Shown in pieces: positions 9,625 through 18,758 of a DNA stretch of 64,000 bases. Position numbers and translations under genes: made by a program. This DNA is from Patescibacteria group bacterium (lineage in GTDB: Bacteria > Patescibacteriota > Minisyncoccia > Phycocordibacterales > Phycocordibacteraceae): positions 49,004 through 113,003 of the forward strand of contig JAGWWK010000001.1 of assembly GCA_018970425.1 (NCBI GenBank). The letters are read 5' to 3'. Below the pieces are notes generated by a model that saw only the letters and a program-made list of their open reading frames with translations, was not told the DNA's origin and did not search any database. Each line of letters starts with the position of its first letter. The stretch's first letter is position 1.

Positions 9625-11406
9625 ATGACAGTGAGTGAAATTCGTCAAAAATATATTGATTTTTTCAAAGCGCGTGGCCATGCCGTTATTCCCGGTGTTC
9701 CGCTTGTTCCAGAAAATGATCCGACGACTCTGTTTGTCTCATCTGGTATGCAGCCACTCCTCCCGTACTTCCTTGGAGCGCCACATCCTAAGGGGACGCG
9801 TGTTGTAAATTCTCAACTATCATTCCGCGCGGGCGATATAGAGGAGATTGGTGACAACCGGCATACCACAACGTTCGAGATGCTTGGTAATTGGTCGTTC
9901 GGCGACTACTTTAAGCGCGAGCAAATCACCTGGCTACACGAGTTTCTTACCGCAGAGCTCAAGATCCCCTCCGATCGTTTGTGGGTCTCTTGCTTTGAGG
10001 GAGATGCGTCACTTGGTCTTGCGCGCGACACCGAATCCGCTGAAATTTGGAAATCCTTAGGGATCCGCGAGGCACACATAACATTCTACCCCGCTAAGAA
10101 AAACTGGTGGTCGCGCTCCGGTACGCCTGATCTTATGCCCGCGGGAGAGCCTGGAGGCACTGATACAGAAGTCTTCTATGACTTTGAGAGCGAGCATGAT
10201 TCGGCATTCGGTCCCGAGTGCCACCCGAACTGCGACTGCGGTCGCTTTATGGAGATAGGAAATTCCGTGTTTATGGAATTTCAGAAACAGGCGGATGGCA
10301 CGTTCGCGAGACTGCCATCCAGAAACGTAGATTTCGGTGGTGGGCTTGAGCGCCTCGCGGCGGCGACCCTGCATACGCCAGATGTCTTTCGAATTGATAC
10401 CCTCTGGCGCACGGTTGCGGCACTTCAGGCGCGAACTGGTGCAGCGTATGACAACGCACTTTTGACCCGTTCATTCCGTATCGTTGCAGACCATATCCGC
10501 GGCGCAGTATTTATGATCGGGGATGGTGTGATGCCGTCGAATACCGAGCAAGGGTATATTCTACGGCGCCTTATTCGTCGCGCAATAGAGCATGTTGACC
10601 GCATTTCTGCGCAAACAGTCTCGCTCATTGATCTTGTTGATACCGTTATAGAGCCGTACGCTGATGTCTACCCGCGCATTGCCGAGAAGCGTGACCAGAT
10701 ATGTACGACGGTTAAGGAAGAGGAAACTCGCTTTCGTAGAACACTCAAAGACGGTATGAAAGAATTTGAGAAGGGGACGGATCCATTCATCTTATTTACG
10801 ACGTACGGGTTTCCTATAGAGATGACTGAGGAGCTTGCGCTCGAGCGCGGGCGTTCCATAGACAAAGAAGCGTTCAAGCAGAAAATGGCGGAGCATCAGT
10901 CGCTCTCACGCAGGGGTGCGGAACAGAAGTTTAAAGGCGGCCTTGCCGACAGTGGAGAGGTTACCACTATGCTTCATACGGCGACACACCTGATGCTCGC
11001 GGGGCTGCGCACGTACCTGGGTGACCATGTGCACCAGGCCGGATCCAATATCACCGCAGAGCGATCACGGTTTGACTTTACGCATACGGAGAAGGTGCCG
11101 CGCGATATCCTCGACAAGGTCGAGGCCTACGTCAATGAGGCAATTCGTAAAGGGGCGGCAGTCCGCATTACGCAAATGCCGAAAGAGGAGGCCAAGGCGT
11201 CTGGAGTCGAAGGAAGTTTTTGGGAAAAGTATCCTGATGTCGTGAATGTCTATGAAATTCGCGCTGATGACGGAACAGTGTACAGCCGCGAACTCTGCGG
11301 CGGACCGCATGTGGAAACGACGACCGCGATACGCGGCACATTTCGCATAGAAAAAGAGGAAGCGTCGTCGGCAGGTGTGCGTCGCGTGCGCGCTGTGCTC
11401 TCCTGA
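9625..11406 (+). CDS. alaS: Alanine--tRNA ligase (short form lacking C-Ala domain)
   Basis: DPTTLF..SGMQP, HTTTFEMLGNWSFGDYFK, HTATHL, ELCGGPHV, GVRRV; start ATG 9625. Confidence 0.95.
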   Translation: MTVSEIRQKYIDFFKARGHAVIPGVPLVPENDPTTLFVSSGMQPLLPYFLGAPHPKGTRVVNSQLSFRAGDIEEIGDNRHTTTFEMLGNWSFGDYFKREQITWLHEFLTAELKIPSDRLWVSCFEGDASLGLARDTESAEIWKSLGIREAHITFYPAKKNWWSRSGTPDLMPAGEPGGTDTEVFYDFESEHDSAFGPECHPNCDCGRFMEIGNSVFMEFQKQADGTFARLPSRNVDFGGGLERLAAATLHTPDVFRIDTLWRTVAALQARTGAAYDNALLTRSFRIVADHIRGAVFMIGDGVMPSNTEQGYILRRLIRRAIEHVDRISAQTVSLIDLVDTVIEPYADVYPRIAEKRDQICTTVKEEETRFRRTLKDGMKEFEKGTDPFILFTTYGFPIEMTEELALERGRSIDKEAFKQKMAEHQSLSRRGAEQKFKGGLADSGEVTTMLHTATHLMLAGLRTYLGDHVHQAGSNITAERSRFDFTHTEKVPRDILDKVEAYVNEAIRKGAAVRITQMPKEEAKASGVEGSFWEKYPDVVNVYEIRADDGTVYSRELCGGPHVETTTAIRGTFRIEKEEASSAGVRRVRAVLS

Positions 11407-11423
11407 CGCGGTACAATACACGC

Positions 11424-12542
11424 GTGTCTACCCGTTGCGTAGTTGATCTTGATTCCGGCTCTGTTGGCGTGTGCTCTCTTGCACTCGAAGATACGCCACA
11501 TATCAGTGGTGTACTCCGTTTGCCATTCACGGCACAGCCGGGAGACCCGGGCGCGCTTGAAGTCGCACTCCTCGCGGCGCTCCGCACCGCGCTCGATTCT
11601 CTCAAAGACGTACCGGCGGATGCGCCGGTAGATGTTGTGGTGGCGTCGCCGTGGTTTGATGCATCTCTTATCGCGCTCGAAGGGCGACAGTCGGGCACTA
11701 TTTCTGAGTTGGAGCGCAGGCGGCTCATAGAAGAAGCAAGAGCTCAGTACCCGACAGCGCCTCACCTTGCATCGCTTGAAGAACTGTCAGTCGAAACGCG
11801 CGTTAACGGGCATGTAACTACACTTACCAATCCTGTTCATGGAGGCCAGCTATCTGTCCTTTTGTACCGAAGCGTGGCTGATGCATCGTTCATTACGCGC
11901 GTGCAGGATGTAATTCATGCGGCACGGCCGCATGCTCCGGTTTTTTGGCACACTACACCTACTGTGTACGCGGGAGCGCTTCGCGCTGTTCGGTCTGATG
12001 CATACACCATCATTGATGTGGGCAGTGAAGTGACTGATCTGGTACTCATGTCTCAAGGAGTGATCCGTGCGCTCAGATCTGTTCCAGCTGGCTATAGAAC
12101 CATCGCTCGCACTATCGCCCCGGACCGCCCCCTCGCAGACACGCTGTCCCGGCTGTCCATGCTTGCCCGAGCCGAACTCCGCGCCCCTGAAGCCGATGCG
12201 CTCCAAAGCCAACTCTCTCGCGCCGCACACGCGTTCGCCGATCCGCTTATCACTGCACTTAAAGATGCGGGAAATTCCGCTCCGTTCACACACCAAGTAC
12301 TGCTTATCGGTGACTCTGACGCGCTCGTATGGCTGCCGCAGGTTGTCGATTTAGTGCAGTTTGGTGGCCGTCCGCTTCAGAGTACGCTCGTCGACCACGA
12401 ACTCCTGCGAGGTCTTGCAACGTTCGGGGCGTCAGGTGTGTTTGATGCATCACTCGTAACCGCGTCGCTTTTTTTCCACACCACGAAGCATAAGTCCAGA
12501 AAAAAAAGTTGGATCGAGCGCGTGCTATACTCCACTCTATGA
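11424..12542 (+). CDS. Divergent FtsA/PilM-like actin-fold protein
   Basis: VVDLDSGSV and IIDVGSEVTDL phosphate-loop-like motifs; GTG start 6 nt after TACAAT. Confidence 0.6.
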   Translation: MSTRCVVDLDSGSVGVCSLALEDTPHISGVLRLPFTAQPGDPGALEVALLAALRTALDSLKDVPADAPVDVVVASPWFDASLIALEGRQSGTISELERRRLIEEARAQYPTAPHLASLEELSVETRVNGHVTTLTNPVHGGQLSVLLYRSVADASFITRVQDVIHAARPHAPVFWHTTPTVYAGALRAVRSDAYTIIDVGSEVTDLVLMSQGVIRALRSVPAGYRTIARTIAPDRPLADTLSRLSMLARAELRAPEADALQSQLSRAAHAFADPLITALKDAGNSAPFTHQVLLIGDSDALVWLPQVVDLVQFGGRPLQSTLVDHELLRGLATFGASGVFDASLVTASLFFHTTKHKSRKKSWIERVLYSTL

Positions 12543-13783
12543 ACGGTCGCAGTATTCAAGACATTGTGCCACCGGCTCGTACAAAGCCCATACGGCCAGT
12601 CTCGAATCCGCCGCGCTTACCACCTGAATCACACATACCCATGGAACCACGCTCCGGCCTGCCATTCACTGCAATCGCGACTGCAGCAGTCGTTGTTGTA
12701 GGTATTGTTGTTTTTATCATGAGCACGGTATTTCATACGGCGCTCATCCGCGTACAGCTCTTCGAGCGGAGCATTGACGCGAGTCAGACCTATGAGGCAG
12801 GAGCTGAGAAGCTTATCGCATATGCACCCATCACTGTTTCTGCCGAGGCATCTCGAACTGTTCCTGCAACTGGTAGCGTAGAGGCAAAAGACCGAGCGAG
12901 CGGAACTATCGTAATCTCGAACACGCACAGTGCTCGGCCACAGCGTCTGATTACCAACACACGCTTTGCGACCGATGATGGGAAAGTCTATCGAATCCAT
13001 GCGCCAGTCACTGTCCCTGGCTATACAACGAGAAACGGAGAGCGTATTCCTGGCACCGCGGAGGCAATGGTGTATGCAGACGAGCCAGGTGAGGCATACA
13101 ACCGCGAGAGCGCGACTCTTAAACTCCCTGGCCTCAAGGGATCAGCGCAATACGATACGATTACCGCGACGACGAAGACTCCGCTAGCCGGCGGATTTTT
13201 GGGCATGCGCCCATCTGTTGAGAAGTCATTGCGCGACCAAACAGTTGCCGATTTAACAGCTGAGCTCGATCGCGTGCTGCGCGAAAAGCTCATTGCTGCG
13301 CTCCAACCGGAGTCAGTTGTCATTCCTGGCTCTATCGAGTTCACGTATACTGAAGGGCCGCTTAGCGCAGCTGACGATAAGGCGACGATTACGGTTACTG
13401 GTTCGGCAATTGCTCCCGCTCTGACAGCAGAGACTCTCGTACGGACCCTTGCGGCCAGTGCAAATGCACCCTCCGATATTCCGCTTGTATTAGGGAATCC
13501 GGAGTCTCTCGAGTTTGCAGCTATCGATATCGCAGGCCTCAAGGAGGGAAGGTCGATTAAGTTCTCCCTCTCGGGTACTGCAGAGCTCGAGGCTGCGTTT
13601 GACCCAAAGGCCTTTGCACTTGACCTTGCAGGCAAGGGGCGCGATGAAGCTGCGCAAGTACAGGCCTCGTACCGAGCGATTACCGGCCCTGTTACCATTA
13701 CAGTACGACCATTCTGGCGGTCATCCCTTCCTGCCAATCCGGAGCGTATAACGGTGGAGACCGTCCCACCCCTTGACCGATAG
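12539..13783 (+). CDS. Membrane-anchored baseplate-J-like beta-rich protein (CPR-type)
   Basis: SIQDIVPP N-terminus, one TM, ASGTIVISN...TNTRF...VTVPG...ADEPGEAYN; overlaps upstream stop (ATGA). Confidence 0.6.
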   Translation: MNGRSIQDIVPPARTKPIRPVSNPPRLPPESHIPMEPRSGLPFTAIATAAVVVVGIVVFIMSTVFHTALIRVQLFERSIDASQTYEAGAEKLIAYAPITVSAEASRTVPATGSVEAKDRASGTIVISNTHSARPQRLITNTRFATDDGKVYRIHAPVTVPGYTTRNGERIPGTAEAMVYADEPGEAYNRESATLKLPGLKGSAQYDTITATTKTPLAGGFLGMRPSVEKSLRDQTVADLTAELDRVLREKLIAALQPESVVIPGSIEFTYTEGPLSAADDKATITVTGSAIAPALTAETLVRTLAASANAPSDIPLVLGNPESLEFAAIDIAGLKEGRSIKFSLSGTAELEAAFDPKAFALDLAGKGRDEAAQVQASYRAITGPVTITVRPFWRSSLPANPERITVETVPPLDR

Positions 13784-13802
13784 CGCACTCATACGCTATT
13801 AT
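13773..13802 (+). promoter_or_regulatory. Putative sigma70 promoter of the infA-rpsI operon
   Basis: TTGACC-18 nt-TATTAT. Confidence 0.45.
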
Positions 13803-13828
13803 CGATAGGCCCTCAACGGTCACACCGC

Positions 13829-14047
13829 ATGGGAAGCACGAACGGAGAAAGCAAGGAAGTAGCCGGTGCAGTCATCGAGGCGCTTCCTAATGCACTCTTT
13901 CGCGTACAGCTTGACGATGGAGCAGAGGTACTCTCATACCTCGCCGGTAAGATGCGCTTGCATCGAATCCGAGTGCTTGTCGGAGACAAGGTGACGCTAG
14001 TGCTCGATCCATACGGAGGCCGCGCACGTATCGTGCGTAGACACTAG
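13829..14047 (+). CDS. infA: Translation initiation factor IF-1
   Basis: [26 protein letters not shown]. Confidence 0.96.
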   Translation: MGSTNGESKEVAGAVIEALPNALFRVQLDDGAEVLSYLAGKMRLHRIRVLVGDKVTLVLDPYGGRARIVRRH

Positions 14048-14057
14048 GGCACTATCC

Positions 14058-14174
14058 ATGAAAGTTCGCGCATCAGTCAAAAAGCAGCAAGCGGGGGACA
14101 TCATTGTTCGCCGCCGCGGACGCATCTATCGTATCAATAAAAAGAACCCCCGCCGGAAGGCACGCCAAGGATAA
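14058..14174 (+). CDS. rpmJ: 50S ribosomal protein L36, zinc-free (C-) type
   Basis: Hand translation [38 protein letters not shown] between infA and rpsM (below the ORF-track cutoff). Confidence 0.93.
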   Translation: MKVRASVKKQQAGDIIVRRRGRIYRINKKNPRRKARQG

Positions 14175-14176
14175 CT

Positions 14177-14557
14177 ATGCGTATTGCAGGAATAACACTA
14201 CCCGATTCAAAGCAGATTGCGTACGCGCTTACAGCGGTGTATGGCGTCGGCAGACCGCGTGCGCTCGCAATTCTCGCCGAGGCTGGCATTCCTGCGACGA
14301 AGAAGACTAAGGAAATTACTGCAGACGAGGAAACTAAGATCCGTTCGCTTGTCGAAAAGTTTACAATTGAAGGAGATCTGCGCCGCGAGGTTGCGAGCAA
14401 TGTCAAGCGATTGAAGGACATTAAGGCGTACCGCGGTATCCGCCACATGAAGGGTCTGCCAACGCGAGGTCAGCGCACCAAGACTAACTCTCGAACAGTC
14501 CGAGGTAACGTTCGTAAGACCATGGGCTCCGGTCGTCGTAAGCTAGAAAAGACCTAA
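14177..14557 (+). CDS. rpsM: 30S ribosomal protein S13
   Basis: MRIAGI, EGDLRR, YRGIRH..GLPTRGQRTKTN. Confidence 0.97.
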   Translation: MRIAGITLPDSKQIAYALTAVYGVGRPRALAILAEAGIPATKKTKEITADEETKIRSLVEKFTIEGDLRREVASNVKRLKDIKAYRGIRHMKGLPTRGQRTKTNSRTVRGNVRKTMGSGRRKLEKT

Positions 14558-14564
14558 ACACACT

Positions 14565-14999
14565 ATGGGTAAAAAGCGAGTAAATCGAATGCAGGGGAGC
14601 GGGGTTGACTCCGGAAAGCGCGACCGCGCATTGTCTAAGATTGCAAAGCGCAAACTTGAGTCTGCTGTCTTGTACATTGAGTCGACATTCAACAACACCA
14701 AGCTCACTCTCACCGATGAGACGGGTGCAACGGTCATGTGGTCCTCTGCAGGAGCGCTTGGCTTTACTGGCAACCGCAAAGCAACGCCGTTTGCAGCTGC
14801 CAAGGTTGGTGAAGTTGTTGGTGAGAAGGCAAGCGTTGTCGGTGTAAAGGAGGCAAAGGTTTTCATTAAGGGCGTTGGGGCAGGGCGTGAGTCAGCACTC
14901 CGAGCGTTTGCAGGTAAGGGTATTCAGGTTTCAGCAATTCACGATGTCACACCAGTCCCGCACAATGGTCCGAGACCGCCTAAGCCTCGCCGAGTCTAA
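14565..14999 (+). CDS. rpsK: 30S ribosomal protein S11
   Basis: STFNNT, KATPFAA, DVTPVPHNGPRPPKPRRV. Confidence 0.97.
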   Translation: MGKKRVNRMQGSGVDSGKRDRALSKIAKRKLESAVLYIESTFNNTKLTLTDETGATVMWSSAGALGFTGNRKATPFAAAKVGEVVGEKASVVGVKEAKVFIKGVGAGRESALRAFAGKGIQVSAIHDVTPVPHNGPRPPKPRRV

Positions 15000-15017
15000 C
15001 CATTCTTATCTACTTCT

Positions 15018-15623
15018 ATGCGCATAGGACCAAAATATAAAATTTGTAAGCGTCTCGGTTCAAGCATTTTTGAAAAGTGCCAGACTAAGACGTTCGCTCT
15101 CCGTGCGCAAGCTGGGGATACAAAGAAGGGAGGCAAGCGCGCGGGCAGTGACTTCAAGCGCCAGCTTATTGAAAAGCAGAAGCTCCGCCTCATCTATTCA
15201 CTCACCGAGAAGCAGTTTTCTGGCTATGTTAAGGAGGCACTCGATTCAGGAGAGAATCCGTCACAGCACCTCTTCGCGCGTCTAGAGACTCGGCTCGACT
15301 CGTTCCTGTACCGAGCAGGTTTTGCGCAAACTCGCCGCGCTGCTCGCCAGATGGCCTCCCACGGCCACGCCACGGTTAATGGTCGCCGCGTCACTGTGCC
15401 GTCGTACCGTGTTTCCGTTGGGGATGTAGTCGCGCTACGCGCAGGCTCACAATCCGGTCCTCTGTTTGAAAAGCTTGCTGAAACTATGAAGGAAAAAAGT
15501 GTTCCATCATGGGTACAAGTCAATGCAGATGAGCGTTCCGCGACACTTTCAGCGCGCCCTGCCTGGGGCGAGCAGGACTCCATCGTTGATTTTGGCGCAG
15601 TGTTTGAATTCTACACGCGCTAA
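15018..15623 (+). CDS. rpsD: 30S ribosomal protein S4
   Basis: QLIEKQKLR, LETRLD, ARQMASHGH, VFEFYTR. Confidence 0.97.
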   Translation: MRIGPKYKICKRLGSSIFEKCQTKTFALRAQAGDTKKGGKRAGSDFKRQLIEKQKLRLIYSLTEKQFSGYVKEALDSGENPSQHLFARLETRLDSFLYRAGFAQTRRAARQMASHGHATVNGRRVTVPSYRVSVGDVVALRAGSQSGPLFEKLAETMKEKSVPSWVQVNADERSATLSARPAWGEQDSIVDFGAVFEFYTR

Positions 15624-15655
15624 AAAATTAATAACAAAGTAAATCTGATTGCGTT

Positions 15656-16600
15656 ATGGACTACTCAATAGTACTTCCCTCAAAGCCACGTGTCGTCTCT
15701 GAAGACGGTGCGTCCGGCGTATTCGAGATTGATGGGTTTTACCCGGGCTTTGGCCACACGATCGGCAATTCTCTACGCCGCATCATCCTTTCATCGATCC
15801 CGGGAGCGGCTATTACAGCCGTAAAGATCGATGGTGTACCGCACGAATTTTCTACTATCCCAGGCGTCAAAGAGGACGTTATCGCGATACTCCTCAACCT
15901 TAAGAAGGTGCGCATTCGCAGCATCGACGGCGAGTCGCACACGCTGACGCTCAAGAAGAAAGGTGTCGGTCCTGTGACTGCCGGCGACATCGAGGTACCT
16001 GGTCAGGTTGAGATTCTAAATCCGGGCCAGCACATCTGTGAAATTACTGAAAAAAGTGGCGTGGTCGAAATGGAGCTTACCGTCGACACTGGACTCGGAT
16101 ACGTTCCTAAGGAAATAATTCAGCGCGAGCGCGCGGAGATCGGAGCAATTGTGCTCGATGCTATCTTCACGCCCATTCGCCGTGCACACTACGAGGTTGA
16201 GAACATGCGAGTCGGCGACAAAACGAACTTCAATCGACTCCGCATCACGATTGAGACTGACGGTACACTCACAGCGCGCGAAGCACTCGAGCGTTCAATA
16301 ACGCTTATGATTCAGCAGCTTAAAGCGATCGTTGGCTTTAAGGAGGAGGAGGTCGCTGCAACGTCAGCAGAGCCGGAGCATGAAATGCATGAGGACAATA
16401 TGAAGACTCGGGTTGAGGATCTTGGAATCTCGACCCGAACTGCAAATGCCCTCACGGGAGCATCTATTCGCACCGTAGGCGGGCTAGTACGGAAAAGCGG
16501 TACCGACCTGATGTCTATTGAGGGAATAGGAGAGAAGGCAGTAGATGAAATTCGTGCCGCTCTTCGCACGCTCGGTCTGACTCTTAAAAAAGACGAATAA
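15656..16600 (+). CDS. rpoA: RNA polymerase alpha subunit
   Basis: GFGHTIGNSLRRIILSS, HEFSTIPGVKEDV, alpha-CTD. Confidence 0.97.
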   Translation: MDYSIVLPSKPRVVSEDGASGVFEIDGFYPGFGHTIGNSLRRIILSSIPGAAITAVKIDGVPHEFSTIPGVKEDVIAILLNLKKVRIRSIDGESHTLTLKKKGVGPVTAGDIEVPGQVEILNPGQHICEITEKSGVVEMELTVDTGLGYVPKEIIQRERAEIGAIVLDAIFTPIRRAHYEVENMRVGDKTNFNRLRITIETDGTLTAREALERSITLMIQQLKAIVGFKEEEVAATSAEPEHEMHEDNMKTRVEDLGISTRTANALTGASIRTVGGLVRKSGTDLMSIEGIGEKAVDEIRAALRTLGLTLKKDE

Positions 16601-16602
16601 GT

Positions 16603-16956
16603 ATGAGGCACCACGCTACAGGACGTACCTTCGGAAGAAAGCGCGGTGTTCGAGCGGCGCTCCTCTCGTCGCTTGCTGAAGCTCTTATTCTTAAGGAGCG
16701 CATTGTCACGACAGAGGCAAAAGCAAAAGAGCTTCGTACCGTAGTTGAGCCGCTTATTACTGCTGGTAAGAAAGAAACGCTTGCTGCTCGACGCCAAATC
16801 ATTTCGCGACTGCAGGGCCGCGAACGTGTCGCAAAGAAAGTGATGGATGTACTCGCACCAAGGTACAAAGACCGCGCCGGCGGGTACACGCGCATTACGA
16901 AGGTGTTTAAGCGCACCGCGGATGCACGTAAGCTCGCGCTTATTGAGTTTGTCTAA
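16603..16956 (+). CDS. rplQ: 50S ribosomal protein L17
   Basis: MRH, TTEAKAKELR, RAGGYTRI. Confidence 0.97.
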   Translation: MRHHATGRTFGRKRGVRAALLSSLAEALILKERIVTTEAKAKELRTVVEPLITAGKKETLAARRQIISRLQGRERVAKKVMDVLAPRYKDRAGGYTRITKVFKRTADARKLALIEFV

Positions 16957-16965
16957 CGCAGTTCT

Positions 16966-17316
16966 ATGACGACCTACACCATTGACGCAACAGGAAAGAA
17001 GCTCGGACGCGTGGCAGCGCAGGCGGCAACGCTCCTCCGTGGAAAGAATTCGGCGCAGTATACCCCGCACCTCGCGCCGCAGGTTACGGTAAAAATTGAG
17101 AACGCGGCAAAGCTCTCGCTCACGGAGGCGAAAAAGACTGAGACTGTCTACAAGCGGTTTTCTGGTTACCAGGGCACAAAGCTCAAAATCGAGAACCTTG
17201 CGCACCTTGCGGCTCGAAAAGGATACCGAGAAGGTCTCCGTTATGCGATCCGCGGCATGCTTCCGAACAATAAGCTTCGTCCGCAACTATTAAAACGAGT
17301 AACAATTACGGACTAG
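16966..17316 (+). CDS. rplM: 50S ribosomal protein L13
   Basis: IDATGKKLGR, LRGKN..YTP, AIRGMLPNNKLR. Confidence 0.95.
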   Translation: MTTYTIDATGKKLGRVAAQAATLLRGKNSAQYTPHLAPQVTVKIENAAKLSLTEAKKTETVYKRFSGYQGTKLKIENLAHLAARKGYREGLRYAIRGMLPNNKLRPQLLKRVTITD

Positions 17317-17317
17317 T

Positions 17318-17710
17318 ATGGCTACCGCACGATATACAGAAGCAGTTGGACGACGAAAAACCGCATCAGCACGCGTACGCCTTGTCCCGGCCGGCGCGCC
17401 GTCTGTTACGGTCAATGGCAAGAATGCGGATGTATACTTTCCGATCCCCGAGCATCAGGCACTCCTACGGGCACCACTCTCAGTAGCTACGGAGACCTAC
17501 GCAGTCACTGCGATTGTTCGAGGCGGCGGTATCGCTGCACAGGCTGAGGCAGTGCGTCACGGTATAGCGCGTGCGGTAGAGTCCCTACACGGCGGCGCGC
17601 GCGCGGATCTTAAGAAAGCGGGATACCTGAAGCGCGATCCGCGAGCAAAAGAGCGTAGAAAGCCAGGTCTTAAGAAGGCACGCAAGTCACCGCAGTGGTC
17701 GAAGCGCTAA
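17318..17710 (+). CDS. rpsI: 30S ribosomal protein S9
   Basis: GRRKTASARV, GGG..AQA, ERRKPGLKKARKSPQWSKR. Confidence 0.97.
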   Translation: MATARYTEAVGRRKTASARVRLVPAGAPSVTVNGKNADVYFPIPEHQALLRAPLSVATETYAVTAIVRGGGIAAQAEAVRHGIARAVESLHGGARADLKKAGYLKRDPRAKERRKPGLKKARKSPQWSKR

Positions 17711-17714
17711 GCGC

Positions 17715-17969
17715 ATGAGCGGCAGGGAAGATTGGACTTCCTACGACACAGGGCTCGACATGTGCAAGACCAGCGGGCGCATGCGCAATACCGCGTGGCT
17801 TGCGACAGCAGCGTTCAGTTCGCTCTCCGTGCTGTTGTTTTTGCCGGACGAGCGGTGGCACATCTTCGGCTGGTCAGGTGTGTTGATAGGGTTAGTACTC
17901 GGTTGTGTCGCATTTCGCGATTTCCGCATTCTGCGTGGGTGGCGAGACGAGCTTTTAGAGAAATCCTAG
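17715..17969 (+). CDS. Small orphan two-TM protein (84 aa)
   Basis: Two hydrophobic helices; starts 4 nt after rpsI stop. Confidence 0.55.
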   Translation: MSGREDWTSYDTGLDMCKTSGRMRNTAWLATAAFSSLSVLLFLPDERWHIFGWSGVLIGLVLGCVAFRDFRILRGWRDELLEKS

Positions 17970-17974
17970 GGTGT

Positions 17975-18223
17975 ATGAGCATTTTGATTCCTCACTGGCT
18001 AGAGCAGGCCGCGCGCTCGAATCGGCGACTTTCGGGGAGGACGGTCATGGCGCTTTCGCAGGCTGCGGTAGCATGCTTTTTGATTGCAGGAGCTGGAAAG
18101 CTCTGTAGTGATAACGTCGAGACTTTCAGAGAAGAGTTTTTTGTTTTCAGCGCGGGCAGTGCGGTTCTTGGTCTCATATTTCTCATATGGGCAATCCGCG
18201 AGCGGTCTCGTACGGCTAGATAG
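17975..18223 (+). CDS. Small orphan two-TM protein (82 aa)
   Basis: MSILIPHW... from ATG 17975, 5 nt after previous stop; two hydrophobic helices. Confidence 0.55.
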   Translation: MSILIPHWLEQAARSNRRLSGRTVMALSQAAVACFLIAGAGKLCSDNVETFREEFFVFSAGSAVLGLIFLIWAIRERSRTAR

Positions 18224-18258
18224 TTTTATTTTTTTCCGCGGCGATTTATACTACGCGC

Positions 18259-18756
18259 ATGGATGACATCGACATAACACTCGAGACTGAGGATGGAGAG
18301 GGGTCGACTGGCACCCCCGAGCAAAAAATTAAAGCGCTCCGTGAAGCTCTGCGCAAAAGTAAAGCAGATGCGGCTGAGAACCTTGCCGGCTGGCAACGGT
18401 CAAAGGCTGACTACTTAAACCTGAGCCGTAGAGTGCGCGACGAGGAGTCTGGGCGCTCTGTGCAGCACATGGCGGCCGTAGTTGCGGAGCTCGCGCCAGT
18501 CTTTGATTCTATAGAGGCGAGCGGGCACGCGGCAATACTGAAGCAACTTGAGCAAACACTTGAGCGACTCGGAGTCTACCGCGTGCGCCCTGAGTCGGGC
18601 GAGCGCTTTGACCCCGCGCATCATGAAGCAGTGCAAGCTATTGCAACGGACGACGTTTCAAAGGATAATACAATTCACTCGGTCCTTCAGTCGGGATATC
18701 GATTGGAGGATCATCTTATCAGAGCAGCACGCGTAAGCGTCTATCATCAGGCATAA
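18259..18756 (+). CDS. grpE: Nucleotide exchange factor GrpE
   Basis: [29 protein letters not shown]; precedes dnaK. Confidence 0.93.
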   Translation: MDDIDITLETEDGEGSTGTPEQKIKALREALRKSKADAAENLAGWQRSKADYLNLSRRVRDEESGRSVQHMAAVVAELAPVFDSIEASGHAAILKQLEQTLERLGVYRVRPESGERFDPAHHEAVQAIATDDVSKDNTIHSVLQSGYRLEDHLIRAARVSVYHQA

Positions 18757-18758
18757 CT

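Noticed and set aside
4039-11406. Alternative genetic code (UGA=Gly, as in Gracilibacteria/SR1)
   Set aside because: Conserved genes are intact under code 11, and mnmA and alaS end at TGA at the expected positions
12539-13783. Baseplate-J-like gene as a prophage or contractile injection system
   Set aside because: No sheath, tube, terminase or integrase; the protein has a TM anchor and housekeeping neighbours
16312-17286. 324-aa antisense ORF, and similar ones such as 60656-61564 and 13021-13788
   Set aside because: Shadows of well-supported genes on the opposite strand; no recognisable motifs
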